From: Alphaproteobacteria bacterium
GTDB taxonomy: Bacteria; Pseudomonadota; Alphaproteobacteria; MPNO01
Assembly (NCBI GenBank): GCA_965248835.1
Contig: CBDFLJ010000002.1
Span: forward strand, 2,112,001-2,176,000
Direction: 5' to 3'
Length of the DNA stretch: 64,000 nucleotides
The first letter of the stretch is position 1. Every line of letters begins with the position of its first letter. The position numbers and the translations under genes were made by a program. Shown here piece by piece: positions 50,204 through 60,838 of this stretch. The notes beneath the pieces were generated by a model, which did no database searches, was not told the DNA's origin, and saw nothing but the letters and a program-made list of their open reading frames with translations.

Positions 50204-51488
50204 GCTCGACGCCGGCGCGGCCGGGTTCGAACGTGCCTTCACCGCCTTCGTCGAGAGCCGGCAGGCCGCCGAACCGGACGTCGCCGCCGAGGTCGCCCGG
50301 ATCATTGCCGACATCCGTGCGCGCGGCGATGATGCGCTGCTCGCCCTGACCGCGGTGCACGACCGCTTTCATGTCGAGGCCGCCGCCGCGCTCGCGGTCC
50401 CCGCCGCCGAACTCAACGGCGCGCGCGCGGCATGCGCGCCCGATGTGATCGAAGCCCTCGAACTCGCCGCCGCGCGCATTACCGCCTTCCATGACCGGCA
50501 GCTTCCCGGGCCGCTGTCCTGGCGCGACGCCGCGGGTGTCAACCTGGGGGCGCGCTGGACCCCGCTCGAAGCGGTGGGCATCTACGTGCCCGGCGGCACG
50601 GCTGCTTATCCGAGCTCGGTGCTGATGAACGCCATCCCCGCCCGGATCGCCGGTGTGGAGCGGATCGCCATGGTGGTGCCGGCGCCGGGGGGTCGTCTCA
50701 ACCCGCTCGTCCTGGCCGCCGCAGCAATCGCCGGCATCGAAGAGGTCTGGCGGATCGGCGGCGCTCAGGCAGTCGCGGCGCTGGCCTACGGCACCGCGAC
50801 CATCGCCGCGGTCGACAAGATCACCGGGCCCGGCAATGCCTATGTCGCCGAAGCCAAGCGTCAGGTCTTCGGCAAGGTCGGCATCGACCTGATCGCCGGT
50901 CCATCGGAGATCCTGGTGGTCGCCGATGCCGACAATGACCCGGAATGGATCGCCGCCGACCTGCTCTCCCAGGCCGAGCATGACGCGCGCGCCCAATCCG
51001 TCCTGATCACCGACGATGCCGGCTTCGCCGATGCGGTCGTCGCGGCGGCCGAGGCGCTGCTCGCGCGGCTGCCGCGCGCGAACATCGCGCGGGCGAGCTG
51101 GACGGCGTGCGGCGCGGTGATCGTGCTGGCAGCGCTCGATGACGCGCCGGCGCTGATCGACCGCATCGCACCGGAACACCTGGAGCTCGCCTGCGAGGAC
51201 CCGGAGGCGCTGGCTTCGCGGGTCCGCCATGCCGGAGCGATCTTCCTTGGACGCCACACGCCGGAGGCGATCGGCGACTATGTCGCGGGGCCCAACCATG
51301 TCCTGCCGACCTCGCGCAGCGCGCGGTTCGCATCGGGCCTGGGCGTACTCGACTTCCTCAAGCGCACGACGCTCGTGGGCTGCGATGCGGCCTCGCTGGC
51401 GGCGATCGGACCGGCGGCGGTCAGGCTCGCCGAGGCCGAGGGGCTCGATGCTCACGCGCTGTCATTGTCGATCCGGCTGGGCAGCTAA
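50193..51488 (+). CDS. hisD: histidinol dehydrogenase
   Basis: [59 protein letters not shown]. Confidence 0.98.
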   Translation: MPLRLDAGAAGFERAFTAFVESRQAAEPDVAAEVARIIADIRARGDDALLALTAVHDRFHVEAAAALAVPAAELNGARAACAPDVIEALELAAARITAFHDRQLPGPLSWRDAAGVNLGARWTPLEAVGIYVPGGTAAYPSSVLMNAIPARIAGVERIAMVVPAPGGRLNPLVLAAAAIAGIEEVWRIGGAQAVAALAYGTATIAAVDKITGPGNAYVAEAKRQVFGKVGIDLIAGPSEILVVADADNDPEWIAADLLSQAEHDARAQSVLITDDAGFADAVVAAAEALLARLPRANIARASWTACGAVIVLAALDDAPALIDRIAPEHLELACEDPEALASRVRHAGAIFLGRHTPEAIGDYVAGPNHVLPTSRSARFASGLGVLDFLKRTTLVGCDAASLAAIGPAAVRLAEAEGLDAHALSLSIRLGS

Positions 51489-51549
51489 GCCGTCTTTAAC
51501 GTTTGTAGGCCTGATTTGTCGGCAATCGCCGCGCCGCCTGCGGTCATGC

Positions 51550-52083
51550 CTACCCGCCCGCCGGGACCGCATCGATCAGGATGAAGGCGATGCGGCAGGC
51601 GGCGGTGCCGCGGTTCACCCAGGCGTGGTTGGTGCCGCGCTGGATGATGACGTCGCCGGCCGTGCAGTGGACTTCGGAATCATCGAGCAGCATGTCGATC
51701 TCGCCGGACAGGATGATCGCGTAGTCGATCGAATCGGTGCGATGCATGAACGGATGCCGGTTGGCCACGTCCTCGGCCGGCTTGGCGCCCAGCGCGGAGG
51801 CGAGAGCGCTGTGGTCCAGCCCTTCGATCTCCGCACCCACCGGCTCGAACTCGACGATGCGAAAGACCGAGCCGTTGGCCGGCGGCGGGGTGACGATCTC
51901 GCCCACCACCGGATCGTCATCGCCGCTGTTGTCGGCCGGTGTGGCGAAGGTCCGCCAAAGCTGGGTCGAGGCCAGCCTGCCGACACCCCTGACCAGCACG
52001 TTGGGTGCCGGCCCATCGCGAAGCACCACGGCTTTCCCCGCCGCGTCGTGCCCGGTGACGATCCGCCGAACGCTTTGCGCCAT
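51550..52083 (-). CDS. cupin domain protein
   Basis: RRIVTGHD..GKA, MHRTDSIDY, GDVIIQRGTNHAW.NR. Confidence 0.9.
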   Translation of the reverse strand: MAQSVRRIVTGHDAAGKAVVLRDGPAPNVLVRGVGRLASTQLWRTFATPADNSGDDDPVVGEIVTPPPANGSVFRIVEFEPVGAEIEGLDHSALASALGAKPAEDVANRHPFMHRTDSIDYAIILSGEIDMLLDDSEVHCTAGDVIIQRGTNHAWVNRGTAACRIAFILIDAVPAGG

Positions 52084-52153
52084 CGCATCGTCCTCCCTTT
52101 GATCGGCCGTCTCGGCGCCGGCGCCAATTAATCCGGCGGCGTGCTCCGCCGCC

Positions 52154-53623
52154 TCACACGTACAGATGCGGCCACTTGGTGCGGACCTGCTCCTTCAATT
52201 CCGGGCTCGCCTCGGCGACTTGCGGGAACTCGTCCTTCCAGCCATAGGGGCGGCATGCGTCCACGATGGCGCGGTTGTTGTGATAGGGAGGCTCGCGCAA
52301 CAACGGGTCGAGCGGGGTCGACCAGGCGCGCTTGATGAACTGGATATCCTCGGGCGGGTCGCAGCGCGTCGACATGGCCCAGATGACGTCGAACATGTTC
52401 GACGGGTCGATGTCATCATCGACCACCACGACCCAGCGGCCGGCGTAGTTGCCGGCGTGACAGTTGGCCGCCAGCATCGCGGCCTGGCTGGCGTGGCCGG
52501 GGTACATCTGGCGGATCGCGACCACGTTGAACAGCCGCCCCGCGCCGGCTTCGTGGCACCAGACGCCGGCGACGCCCGGCAGCCCGGCCTTCTCGATCTC
52601 CTCCCAGATCATCGCCGATTTCACCGTCGCCCGGGCGAAGGTGAAATTCTCCGGCGGGCGCGAAGGAATGGCAAGCGTGAGGATGGGATCGTTGCGGTGA
52701 TAGACGCGCTCGACGCGGACCACCGGCTGTTCGGAGGCGTTGGAGGCGTAATAGCCCATGAACTCGCCGAACGGCCCCTCCTCGCGGGTCTCGTCGGGCA
52801 TCATGACACCCTCGATCACCACCTCGGCATGCGCCGGCATCGGCAAGCCGTGGACCTCCGAGGCGACGACCGGGATCGGCCGGCCGCGCAAGCCGCCGGC
52901 ATAGGCCAGCTCGTTCACCCCGATGTCGATCTCCTGGTGGGCGGTGATGAACAGCAGCGGGTCCTGGCCGCAGCAGATCAGGACCGGGCAAGGCTCGCCC
53001 CGGTCGAAATATTTCTGACGGATGAACCGTCCATGCTTGCCGGGCGACATCCACACGGCCACGGTCCGCGCGTCATGGACCATCACCCGATAGGTTGCCG
53101 AATTGACCCAGCCGGTGTCGGGATCGCGCATGATCACCAGGTCGTCGGTGCCGATATAGCGCCCGCCGTCATGCTCGTGGACGAACGGCACCGGGAACGT
53201 CCAGACGTCGATGTCCTCGCCGCGCTGGACGTTCTCCAAGATCGGCCCGGTCGCGACCTCGACCGGTGGTATCACCTCGAAGTCGGTGCGCATGCGCTCG
53301 CGGTAGGCCTTGACCAGGTCGAGCTCATGGCGCGGCTCGGGCAGGCCGAGGACGACGGCGAGCCGGCGATAGGCGTTGGCCCCGCCGGCTAGGACCCGGA
53401 AGCCTTCCGGATAGCCCTTGATGTTGTCGAACAGGACCGCCGGGGCACGGCCCGGATTGCGTGCAGCCACGGTCTCGGCGACCGCACCGATTTCGAGGTT
53501 CCAGTCCGCGCCCTCGATACGCTCAACCTCGCCCATTTCCTCGAACAGCGCCAGCAGCTCGCGCAAGCCTTCGTAGCCCTGGTTCGGCGTGGCGAGCCGG
53601 GACCTGGCGGTGTCCTCGGCCAT
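52154..53623 (-). CDS. UbiD family decarboxylase
   Basis: WNLEIG, PAVLFDNIKGY, DGGRYIGT, YR, EGPFGEFMGYY, VVVDDDID. Confidence 0.93.
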   Translation of the reverse strand: MAEDTARSRLATPNQGYEGLRELLALFEEMGEVERIEGADWNLEIGAVAETVAARNPGRAPAVLFDNIKGYPEGFRVLAGGANAYRRLAVVLGLPEPRHELDLVKAYRERMRTDFEVIPPVEVATGPILENVQRGEDIDVWTFPVPFVHEHDGGRYIGTDDLVIMRDPDTGWVNSATYRVMVHDARTVAVWMSPGKHGRFIRQKYFDRGEPCPVLICCGQDPLLFITAHQEIDIGVNELAYAGGLRGRPIPVVASEVHGLPMPAHAEVVIEGVMMPDETREEGPFGEFMGYYASNASEQPVVRVERVYHRNDPILTLAIPSRPPENFTFARATVKSAMIWEEIEKAGLPGVAGVWCHEAGAGRLFNVVAIRQMYPGHASQAAMLAANCHAGNYAGRWVVVVDDDIDPSNMFDVIWAMSTRCDPPEDIQFIKRAWSTPLDPLLREPPYHNNRAIVDACRPYGWKDEFPQVAEASPELKEQVRTKWPHLYV

Positions 53624-53630
53624 GGCGACC

Positions 53631-54869
53631 CTATTCGGCGGCCGCGCGCGCGCCGAGTTGCGGGGCGAGCTTGAACAGCCGGTTCGCGTTGCCGCCCAGA
53701 ATGTTGCGCTTGGCCGTCTCGTCGAGCCACGGGATGTTCCAGATAGTGGACGGCCCGTCGAAGTCCCAGTGCGGCCAGTCCGAGGCGTAGAGGAGCTGGG
53801 TCTCTGCGTTGATCGCCTCGAACGTCGCGCGCATCAGCTTCTGGTCGCGGGTCTCCATCGGCTGGGAGGTGAAGTACATCTCGCGGATGTACTCGCTCGG
53901 CGGGCGCTTGAGCATCGGCGCCTCCGAGGAGCGCATGAAGTACTCGTTGTCCAACCGCTGCATGATGAACGGCACCCAAGCCAGCCCGCTCTCGATCCAT
54001 ATCACCGGCAGGTTGGGGAACCGCTCGGGCAGCCCTTGGAGCACGTAGTTGGTCATGTGCACCAGGTTCGACAGCACGAAGGAGATCGCGTGCACGCCGA
54101 TGAACCGGTCGATCTGGCGTGTCCATTCGTCGTGCCAGGTCGGGCCTGCGTGGAAGCCCAGCGGCATGCCGCGCTCCTCGATCGCGGCATAGACCTTCAT
54201 GTACTGGTTGTGGTGGACCGGCTTGTGACGGACCGAGGTGATGTTGAACCCGACCACGCCCGGCTTGTCGGCGAACTCCTCGACCGTCTTGAGCGAGGCC
54301 TCGGCATCGCTGAACGGCAGGTAGATCATCGTGGTTACGCCGGGATCGCCGGGCAGCACTTCCTGGGTGAGCCAGCGGTTGTAGGCGAACGCGAGCGCGA
54401 CCTCCATATCCGGGTTGGGATGCAGCCCGAGCTGCAGCATCGGCGTGGGGAAGACGACCTGGTAGTCGATGCCCAAAGCCTCCATCGCGCGGCGGGCGAT
54501 AACCACGTCGCGGTGCGCACCGCTATCGTCGGACGGCTCCCGCGTGCCGCCGCCCGAATGCGGAATCCGCCCGGCAACGTTCTGAAAGTTGAGCCCCGGC
54601 TGGACCGGCAGCAGGCCGCCCGGGTTGGTACCGTCGGGCCGCTCGAAGCTTTGGGCCAGATGGCGCAGCACCGGATCCTCGATGTATTCGACGATGCGCG
54701 CCCAGGAGGTGTTCTCGAAATGATGCGCATCGACATCGATGATCAGGTAATCCTCCAGCCGGTTCTCGCGCTTGTAGCGCGCGGCATGGGCCAGCACATC
54801 GGTGGTCGATGTCGTCGGATCCATCTCTTTGATGTCGATTTCGCGGGGCACGTCGAAGCTGTCGGTCAT
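53631..54869 (-). CDS. amidohydrolase-2 family protein
   Basis: IDVDAHH, AYNRWL, PLGFH, PERFPNL...ESG..W.PF...RLD, YASDWPHWDFD. Confidence 0.88.
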   Translation of the reverse strand: MTDSFDVPREIDIKEMDPTTSTTDVLAHAARYKRENRLEDYLIIDVDAHHFENTSWARIVEYIEDPVLRHLAQSFERPDGTNPGGLLPVQPGLNFQNVAGRIPHSGGGTREPSDDSGAHRDVVIARRAMEALGIDYQVVFPTPMLQLGLHPNPDMEVALAFAYNRWLTQEVLPGDPGVTTMIYLPFSDAEASLKTVEEFADKPGVVGFNITSVRHKPVHHNQYMKVYAAIEERGMPLGFHAGPTWHDEWTRQIDRFIGVHAISFVLSNLVHMTNYVLQGLPERFPNLPVIWIESGLAWVPFIMQRLDNEYFMRSSEAPMLKRPPSEYIREMYFTSQPMETRDQKLMRATFEAINAETQLLYASDWPHWDFDGPSTIWNIPWLDETAKRNILGGNANRLFKLAPQLGARAAAE

Positions 54870-54921
54870 TGCGCCGTCTCCTGATCCTCTCGCCGGTGTT
54901 GTCTCAATTATAGCACGTCGC

Positions 54922-56361
54922 TCAGGGCAAGCGTATGCCAACGAACTTGAGCTGGGAAAGTTCTTCCATCGCGTAGCGCACGCCCTCGCGGCCGAACCCG
55001 CTGCGCCCGACCCCGCCGAACGGATAGGTGTCGAGCCGGAAGCGGCTGCCCTCGTTGATCCACAGCGAGCCGACCTCGAGCTCCTCGGCCACGCGGAAGG
55101 CAACCGAAAGATCGTTGGTGAAACACGCGCCCTGGAGGCCGAACTCGGAATCGTTTGCGATCGCCAGCGCGTGATCGAGCCCATGGGCGGTGATCACCAC
55201 TGCGACCGGCCCGAACGCCTCCTCGTGCATCAGCCTAGCATCGGCCGGCGGATCGACGACGATCGCAGGTCCCAGGATCGCGTCCTCGCGGGTGGGAGCG
55301 AGCGCAAGCCGGCCGCCCTTGTCCACCGCATCGTCGATCATCGCCTGGACGCGGTCGGCCGCCGCCGCACTCACCATCGGGCCGACAGCGGTCGCCTCGT
55401 CCGCCGCCTCGCCTACGACCAGCTTCCGCGCGGCGGCAACGAACAGCGGCACGAAGTCATCGACGACCGTGCTGTCGACGATGATGCGCTGGGCGGAGAT
55501 GCATTGCTGGCCCGACGCCTCGAAGGCGGAGCCCGCGATCCGGACGGCCGCATCCTCGAGATCGGCATCGGCACAGACTAGGTTGGCCGCGTTCGAGCCC
55601 AGCTCGGCGACGAATTTCTTGGCGCCCGCCGCCCGCGCCAGGGCGTCGCCGGCCGCGGTCCCGCCAGTGAAGGTCACCGCAGCGACGCCGGGGTGGGCGG
55701 CGAGTGCCGCCGCGGTCTCGCGGTTGCCGGGCACGACGTTGAACAGCCCGTCCGGCAGGCCCGCGCGCTGGAAGGCGCGCGCGATGATCAGCGCGGTCTC
55801 CACGCCCTGCGGAGCCGGCTTGACGACCACCGCATTGCCCATCGCGAGCGCCGGCGCGACCTTCTGGACCAGCAGGTTGGCCGGCGCGTTGAACGGCGTG
55901 ATCGCGCCGATCACGCCGTAGGGCACCCGTCTGGTGAACCCGTGCCTGCCGGCGCCCTGGGCCGAGACGTCGAGCGGCAGGGTCTCGCCGCGGAGCGCGC
56001 CGATCTCGGCGGCGACCAAGCGGACGAAGGCGGCCGAGCGGTTGGCCTCGAACGTCGCGGGTCGGACCGGCTTGCCGATATCGCGGATCAGCGCGGTCAC
56101 GATCGCCTGCCGCTCGGCCTCGATCTCTGCGGCTGCCTTGTCGAGCCAGACCGCGCGTGTCGCCGCCGGCGTCCTGCGGTGTTCGGCAAAGGCGGCCTGC
56201 GCGCTCCTGACCGCGGCATCGACGACGGCTTCATCGGCATCGACGATCCGCGAGGCGATGCTGCCGTCGACCGGGGAGATCAACTCGTAGCGCGCCCGCC
56301 CCTCGCCCGCGTCCTCGCGCCCGTCGATCCAGGGATCCAGCAATGCCACGTCGTCGGTCAT
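54922..56361 (-). CDS. aldehyde dehydrogenase family protein
   Basis: ITPFNAP, FTGG, ELGSNA, GQQCIS, EEAFGPV, PFGG...SG.GREG. Confidence 0.95.
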   Translation of the reverse strand: MTDDVALLDPWIDGREDAGEGRARYELISPVDGSIASRIVDADEAVVDAAVRSAQAAFAEHRRTPAATRAVWLDKAAAEIEAERQAIVTALIRDIGKPVRPATFEANRSAAFVRLVAAEIGALRGETLPLDVSAQGAGRHGFTRRVPYGVIGAITPFNAPANLLVQKVAPALAMGNAVVVKPAPQGVETALIIARAFQRAGLPDGLFNVVPGNRETAAALAAHPGVAAVTFTGGTAAGDALARAAGAKKFVAELGSNAANLVCADADLEDAAVRIAGSAFEASGQQCISAQRIIVDSTVVDDFVPLFVAAARKLVVGEAADEATAVGPMVSAAAADRVQAMIDDAVDKGGRLALAPTREDAILGPAIVVDPPADARLMHEEAFGPVAVVITAHGLDHALAIANDSEFGLQGACFTNDLSVAFRVAEELEVGSLWINEGSRFRLDTYPFGGVGRSGFGREGVRYAMEELSQLKFVGIRLP

Positions 56362-56457
56362 CTTATCCCTCCCGCGTTTACCGGCAAACTATCGGCCCAG
56401 TGTAGGCAGAGGCAACCGGGTCTTCTAATCTTTGCGGCGGCAACCCGGAGACGCGCG

Positions 56458-57450
56458 ATGTCGAAACTGCAGATCAGCCTGGCGTGCTGCGACTACGACC
56501 GGACACGGGCGCTGTTCGACGGGCGGGTGGGGATCGAGGGTTGCGAGGTGATCGCCACGCCGATGCACCCCGAGGAGGCTTTCCACCGGGCCTTCAGCTA
56601 TCAGGAGTTCGACGTCACCGAGCTGTCGCTGTCTTCGACCATGATGACCACCGCGCGCGGCGAATGCCCCTATGTCGGCGTGCCGGCGTTCGTCTCGCGG
56701 CTGTTCCGCCACTCTTCGATCTACATCCGCACCGACCGCGGGATCACCGAGCCGGCCGACCTCAAGGGACGGTTGGTGGGCTTGCCGGAATACCAGATGA
56801 CCGCCTGCCTGTGGGTGCGCGGCATCCTGGAAGACGAATACGGCGTGAAGCCTTCCGACATACGCTGGCGCAACGGCGGGCTCGAGGAGGCCGGCCGCAA
56901 GGAGCGCTCGCGCCTGACGCTGTCCGAAGGGGTGGAGCTCGAAAGCATCCCGGCGGACCAGACGCTGTCGCAATGGCTGGTCGAGGGCAAGATCGATGCC
57001 CTGGTCACCGCCCGGGCGCCGTCGTGCTTCATGACGGGCGCGCCGAATATCGGCCGGCTGTTCGCGAACTATCCGGCGGTCGAGCGCGCCTATTACGAGA
57101 AGACCGGGCTGTTCCCGATCATGCACATCATCGGCATCCGCAAGGCGCTCTACGAGCGCCATCCCTGGCTGGCGGTGAACGTCTACAACGCCTTCGTCGA
57201 GGCGAAGCGGCTGTGCTACGAGGCCATGGGCGAGATCGGCCACCTGCAGACCAGCCTGCCCTGGCCGGTGGCGGCCTACGACGAGGCGCGCGCGCTGATG
57301 GGCGAGGATTTGTGGAGCTACGGCATCGAACCCAACGTCGGCGAGATCGAGACGGTGACGCGCTATTCCTACGACCAGGGCCTGGCGCAGAGGAAGCTCG
57401 CGCCCGAGGAGCTGTTCGCTCCGTCGACATTCGAGATCTCCAAGATCTGA
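56458..57450 (+). CDS. 4,5-dihydroxyphthalate decarboxylase-like / periplasmic-binding-fold protein
   Basis: DYDRT, FDVTELSLS, FVSRLFRHS, EYQMTA.LWVRG, FPIMH; paralog of 30159-31154. Confidence 0.82.
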   Translation: MSKLQISLACCDYDRTRALFDGRVGIEGCEVIATPMHPEEAFHRAFSYQEFDVTELSLSSTMMTTARGECPYVGVPAFVSRLFRHSSIYIRTDRGITEPADLKGRLVGLPEYQMTACLWVRGILEDEYGVKPSDIRWRNGGLEEAGRKERSRLTLSEGVELESIPADQTLSQWLVEGKIDALVTARAPSCFMTGAPNIGRLFANYPAVERAYYEKTGLFPIMHIIGIRKALYERHPWLAVNVYNAFVEAKRLCYEAMGEIGHLQTSLPWPVAAYDEARALMGEDLWSYGIEPNVGEIETVTRYSYDQGLAQRKLAPEELFAPSTFEISKI

Positions 57451-57466
57451 GCAAGGAGAGGCCGCC

Positions 57467-59188
57467 ATGGCCGACAGCGGGCGCAGCAACACCCAGAGCG
57501 CCGCCGAGGCGATCGTCGATGCCCTGATCGAGGAAGGGGTCGAGCACGTCTTCGGCGTGACCGGCGACACGGTGCTTCCGATCCTCGATGCGATCTATCA
57601 CCGCCAGGACCGGATCAAGTACATCACCGCGCGGTTCGAGACCGGGGCGACCGCGATGGCCGACGGCTATTCGCGGGTGACCGGCAGGATCGGCTGCTGC
57701 CTGTTCCATGTCGGACCCAGCATCTCCAACACGGTCCTTGGGGTCTGGTCGGCCCAGAAGGATGCCGTGCCGCTCCTGGTGATGTCGGCCAATCTCGATA
57801 CCTTCCGGCTGAACCGCAACCTGTGGCACGAGTTCGACGTCATGGGAGTGATGAGCAAGATCACCAAGTGGAACGATCAGCTCGTCGAGCCCAAGGATGT
57901 CCCGCGGCTGATGCGCACGGCCTTCCAGGCGGCGAAATCCGGCATGCCGGGCCCGGTCCATCTCGATTTTCCCAAGGACCTCCTGGCCAGGCCGGTGGCG
58001 GTCGAGACCAGCGACGTCTCGGTCCGCGGCGGCGCGCATTCCGGGCGCCTCGCCAACGCGCCGCGCCCGGAAGCCTGGGCGGTCGAAGAAGCCGCCCGGC
58101 TGATCCAGGCGGCATCCCGGCCGGTGATCCTGGCCGGGCGCGGGGTGAAATGGGCCGGCGCGGGCGAAGCGCTCACCGCCCTTGCCGAACGGCTTGCGAT
58201 ACCGGTGATCACCACCGAGATGGGCCGCGGCGCGATCCCGGAGGACCATCGGCTCGCCGGCGGCATTGCCGGCCATTTCGGCCATTCGACAGCCAACGCG
58301 CTGCTCCGCGAGGCCGATCTGGTACTCGGCCTGGGCGCGCGCTTCCTCAATGTCAACACCATCAACTGGACGCTGATCGCCGAAGAGGCGCAGATCATCC
58401 AGGTCGAGAACGACCCGATCGAGATCGGCCGGCAATACGCGGTCGCGCTCGGCATCCACGCCGATTCGGGCAGCTTCCTCGCCGACCTCGCGGCGTGGTG
58501 CGCGGACCAGGGTATTGCAGCCGCGGCAACCGTCTCGCAGGCGCGGGTTGCGCGCGTGGCCGAACTCCGGGCAGACCAGGACCGGCGCTACTACGACACC
58601 GACCTCGATGCCGTGCCGATCAAGCCGCAGCGCATCACCCGCGCGATCGAGGAGGCGTGCGATCCCGACGCGCTCTATTTGATCGGGGCCGGGCTGCATA
58701 CCCAGTTCGCCCATGGGCTCCGGATCCGCCGGCCCGATCAGTACCAGTGGGCGGCGGGCTCGGGCACGATGGCCTGGGCGTTTCCGGCGGCGTTGGGCGC
58801 GAAGCTCGCACTGCCGGACCGCCAGGTGGTCGTGCCCATCGGCGACGGCGATTTCGGCATGAACGCCCAGGAGATCGAGACCTCGGTCCGCGAGAAGCTG
58901 CCGGTGATCGTGGTGGTCTACAACGACTGCAGCTACGGCGCGCTCCGGGTCTTTCAGAACGCCGTCTACGGTGCGCGCTATATCGGCTCCCACTACGGCG
59001 CGACCGATCTGGTGAAGCTCGCCGAGGCCTATGGCGCACGCGGCGAACGGATCGAAGACCCGGGCGATCTGGTGGGGGCGCTGAGGCGCGCGGCCGATGC
59101 GGAGGTAACCAGCGTGATCGATGTCCAGATCGACGGCTGGGAAGACCACTACCGCGCGGCCGAATGGGCCGAGTTCCACAAGTTCTGA
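57467..59188 (+). CDS. thiamine pyrophosphate-binding protein (acetolactate synthase-like)
   Basis: VFGVTG, AMADGYSR, GPVHLDFPKD, GDGDF...NDC.YG (TPP motif). Confidence 0.92.
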   Translation: MADSGRSNTQSAAEAIVDALIEEGVEHVFGVTGDTVLPILDAIYHRQDRIKYITARFETGATAMADGYSRVTGRIGCCLFHVGPSISNTVLGVWSAQKDAVPLLVMSANLDTFRLNRNLWHEFDVMGVMSKITKWNDQLVEPKDVPRLMRTAFQAAKSGMPGPVHLDFPKDLLARPVAVETSDVSVRGGAHSGRLANAPRPEAWAVEEAARLIQAASRPVILAGRGVKWAGAGEALTALAERLAIPVITTEMGRGAIPEDHRLAGGIAGHFGHSTANALLREADLVLGLGARFLNVNTINWTLIAEEAQIIQVENDPIEIGRQYAVALGIHADSGSFLADLAAWCADQGIAAAATVSQARVARVAELRADQDRRYYDTDLDAVPIKPQRITRAIEEACDPDALYLIGAGLHTQFAHGLRIRRPDQYQWAAGSGTMAWAFPAALGAKLALPDRQVVVPIGDGDFGMNAQEIETSVREKLPVIVVVYNDCSYGALRVFQNAVYGARYIGSHYGATDLVKLAEAYGARGERIEDPGDLVGALRRAADAEVTSVIDVQIDGWEDHYRAAEWAEFHKF

Positions 59189-59197
59189 GGCGCGGAA

Positions 59198-60562
59198 ATG
59201 GCCGATCACGCCGAGGGCCCCGCGGTTACCGCTGCCCTTGCCGAATTCGCGCTGACCAGCCGCGGGGAAAACGTGCCCGAGGCGGTGCGCGCCGAAGCGG
59301 TGCGCACGCTGCTGAATTGGGTCGGCGGCTGCGTCGGCGGTGCGGACAATCCCGCGATCGGATCGATCCTGGCCGGTCTCGGCCCGTTCATGGGCGCACC
59401 CCGGGCGACCGTCCTCGGCAGGGCGGAAAAGGTCGATGCGTTGCACGCGGCGCTGCTCAACGGGGCGTCCTGCAACGTGCTCGACTTCGATGATGCGCAC
59501 CTGCGCACGGTGATCCATCCGGCCGGCCCCGTGGCGCCGGCGATCCTGGCCCTTGCCGAGCACCGCCCGCCGGTGACCGGCGCGGATTTCCTGCACGCGC
59601 TGATCATCGGCATCGAGGTTGAGTGCAAGATCGGCAACGGCATTTCGCCCGAGCATTACGCCCACGGCTGGCATATCACCGGCACCTGCGGGGTGATCGG
59701 GGCTGCGGCCGCCGCCGGGCGGCTGCTGGGGCTCGACCGGATACGTATGCGCTGGGCGCTGAGCACCGCGGCAACCCATGCCGCGGGGTTCCGGGCCATG
59801 TTCGGCGGGATGGGCCGGATCCTCCATTCCGGCCGCGCCGCGCAGAACGGTCTCGCTGCGGCGTTGATGTCCGAGGCCGGGTTGGAGAGCTCCGAGCGCG
59901 CGATCGAGGCATCCGATGGGTTCGCCAACGTGATCTCGCCGCGCCGGGACTGGGCGGCGATGACCGACGGGCTCGGTACGGTCTGGGAGACCGCGGCCAA
60001 CACCTACAAGCCCTATGCCACCGGGATCGTCACACAGGCCGCGATCGATGGCTGCATCAGGCTGCGCGAGGCGCATGGCCTGAAAGCCGGCGACATCGCT
60101 GCGGTCGAGCTCGCGGTCAACCCAATCGCCCTGATGCTGACCGACAATCCGCGGCCGAAGTCGGCGAACGCAGCCCGCCTCAGCCTCCAGCATGTCACCG
60201 CCGCAGGGCTGGTACACGGCAAGGTCGGCGCGGCCGAGATGACCAAAGAGGCTGTCGCCAACCCCGAGACCGCCGCCTTGCGCGCGCGGGTCTCGGCGCT
60301 TGCCGACGACGCCCTGGCACGCGACCAGGCGCGGGTCAGGATCGTGCGCACCGCCGGCGAGGCTTGCGCGTGCGTCGTCGAGCATGCCTATGGCAGCGAA
60401 CAAAATCCGATGAGCGATGCCGACCTCGATGCCAAAGTCCGCGACCTGTGCCTCCCGGTGCTGGGCGCGGAGGCGGCCGAGGCGTTGATCGCGACCTGCC
60501 GCGGCATCGCCGGCCTGGCCTCGGCGGCTTCCGTCGCCGAGGCCGCCCGGCCGGCGCGGTGA
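59198..60562 (+). CDS. MmgE/PrpD family protein
   Basis: AALLNG...LDFDDAH...IHP, GWHITGT, YKPY. Confidence 0.9.
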   Translation: MADHAEGPAVTAALAEFALTSRGENVPEAVRAEAVRTLLNWVGGCVGGADNPAIGSILAGLGPFMGAPRATVLGRAEKVDALHAALLNGASCNVLDFDDAHLRTVIHPAGPVAPAILALAEHRPPVTGADFLHALIIGIEVECKIGNGISPEHYAHGWHITGTCGVIGAAAAAGRLLGLDRIRMRWALSTAATHAAGFRAMFGGMGRILHSGRAAQNGLAAALMSEAGLESSERAIEASDGFANVISPRRDWAAMTDGLGTVWETAANTYKPYATGIVTQAAIDGCIRLREAHGLKAGDIAAVELAVNPIALMLTDNPRPKSANAARLSLQHVTAAGLVHGKVGAAEMTKEAVANPETAALRARVSALADDALARDQARVRIVRTAGEACACVVEHAYGSEQNPMSDADLDAKVRDLCLPVLGAEAAEALIATCRGIAGLASAASVAEAARPAR

Positions 60563-60619
60563 AGGAAGCGGTCAATCGCTGCGCCACAGAGAACGGCCGG
60601 TCCCGCTTGCCGACGACGG

Positions 60620-60838
60620 TCAGGGCGCCCTGCCCTTCCGCCGCCGCGCGATGAGCCTCTCGAGCACGATCGCAATCACCCACGCCGCCAGCGGAGCGAT
60701 AAAGATGTATTCGAAAAGCGGGTGCGAGCGGTCGCCCCCGCTCGCCGCGACGACCACGACGAACCAGACGAGCGTGAGTGCGTAGCCGATCTTGTGCCAG
60801 GTCTTGCGGCGGCCTGGCGGGTTGGGCGGTGCGTCAAT
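60620..60838 (-). CDS. small two-TM hypothetical membrane protein (start uncertain)
   Basis: Frame encodes WHKIGYALTLVWFVVVVAASGGDRSHPLFEYIFIAPLAAWVIAIVLERLIARRRKGRAP*; only an ATT behind AGGAGG as an in-frame start. Confidence 0.5.
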   Translation of the reverse strand: MDAPPNPPGRRKTWHKIGYALTLVWFVVVVAASGGDRSHPLFEYIFIAPLAAWVIAIVLERLIARRRKGRAP

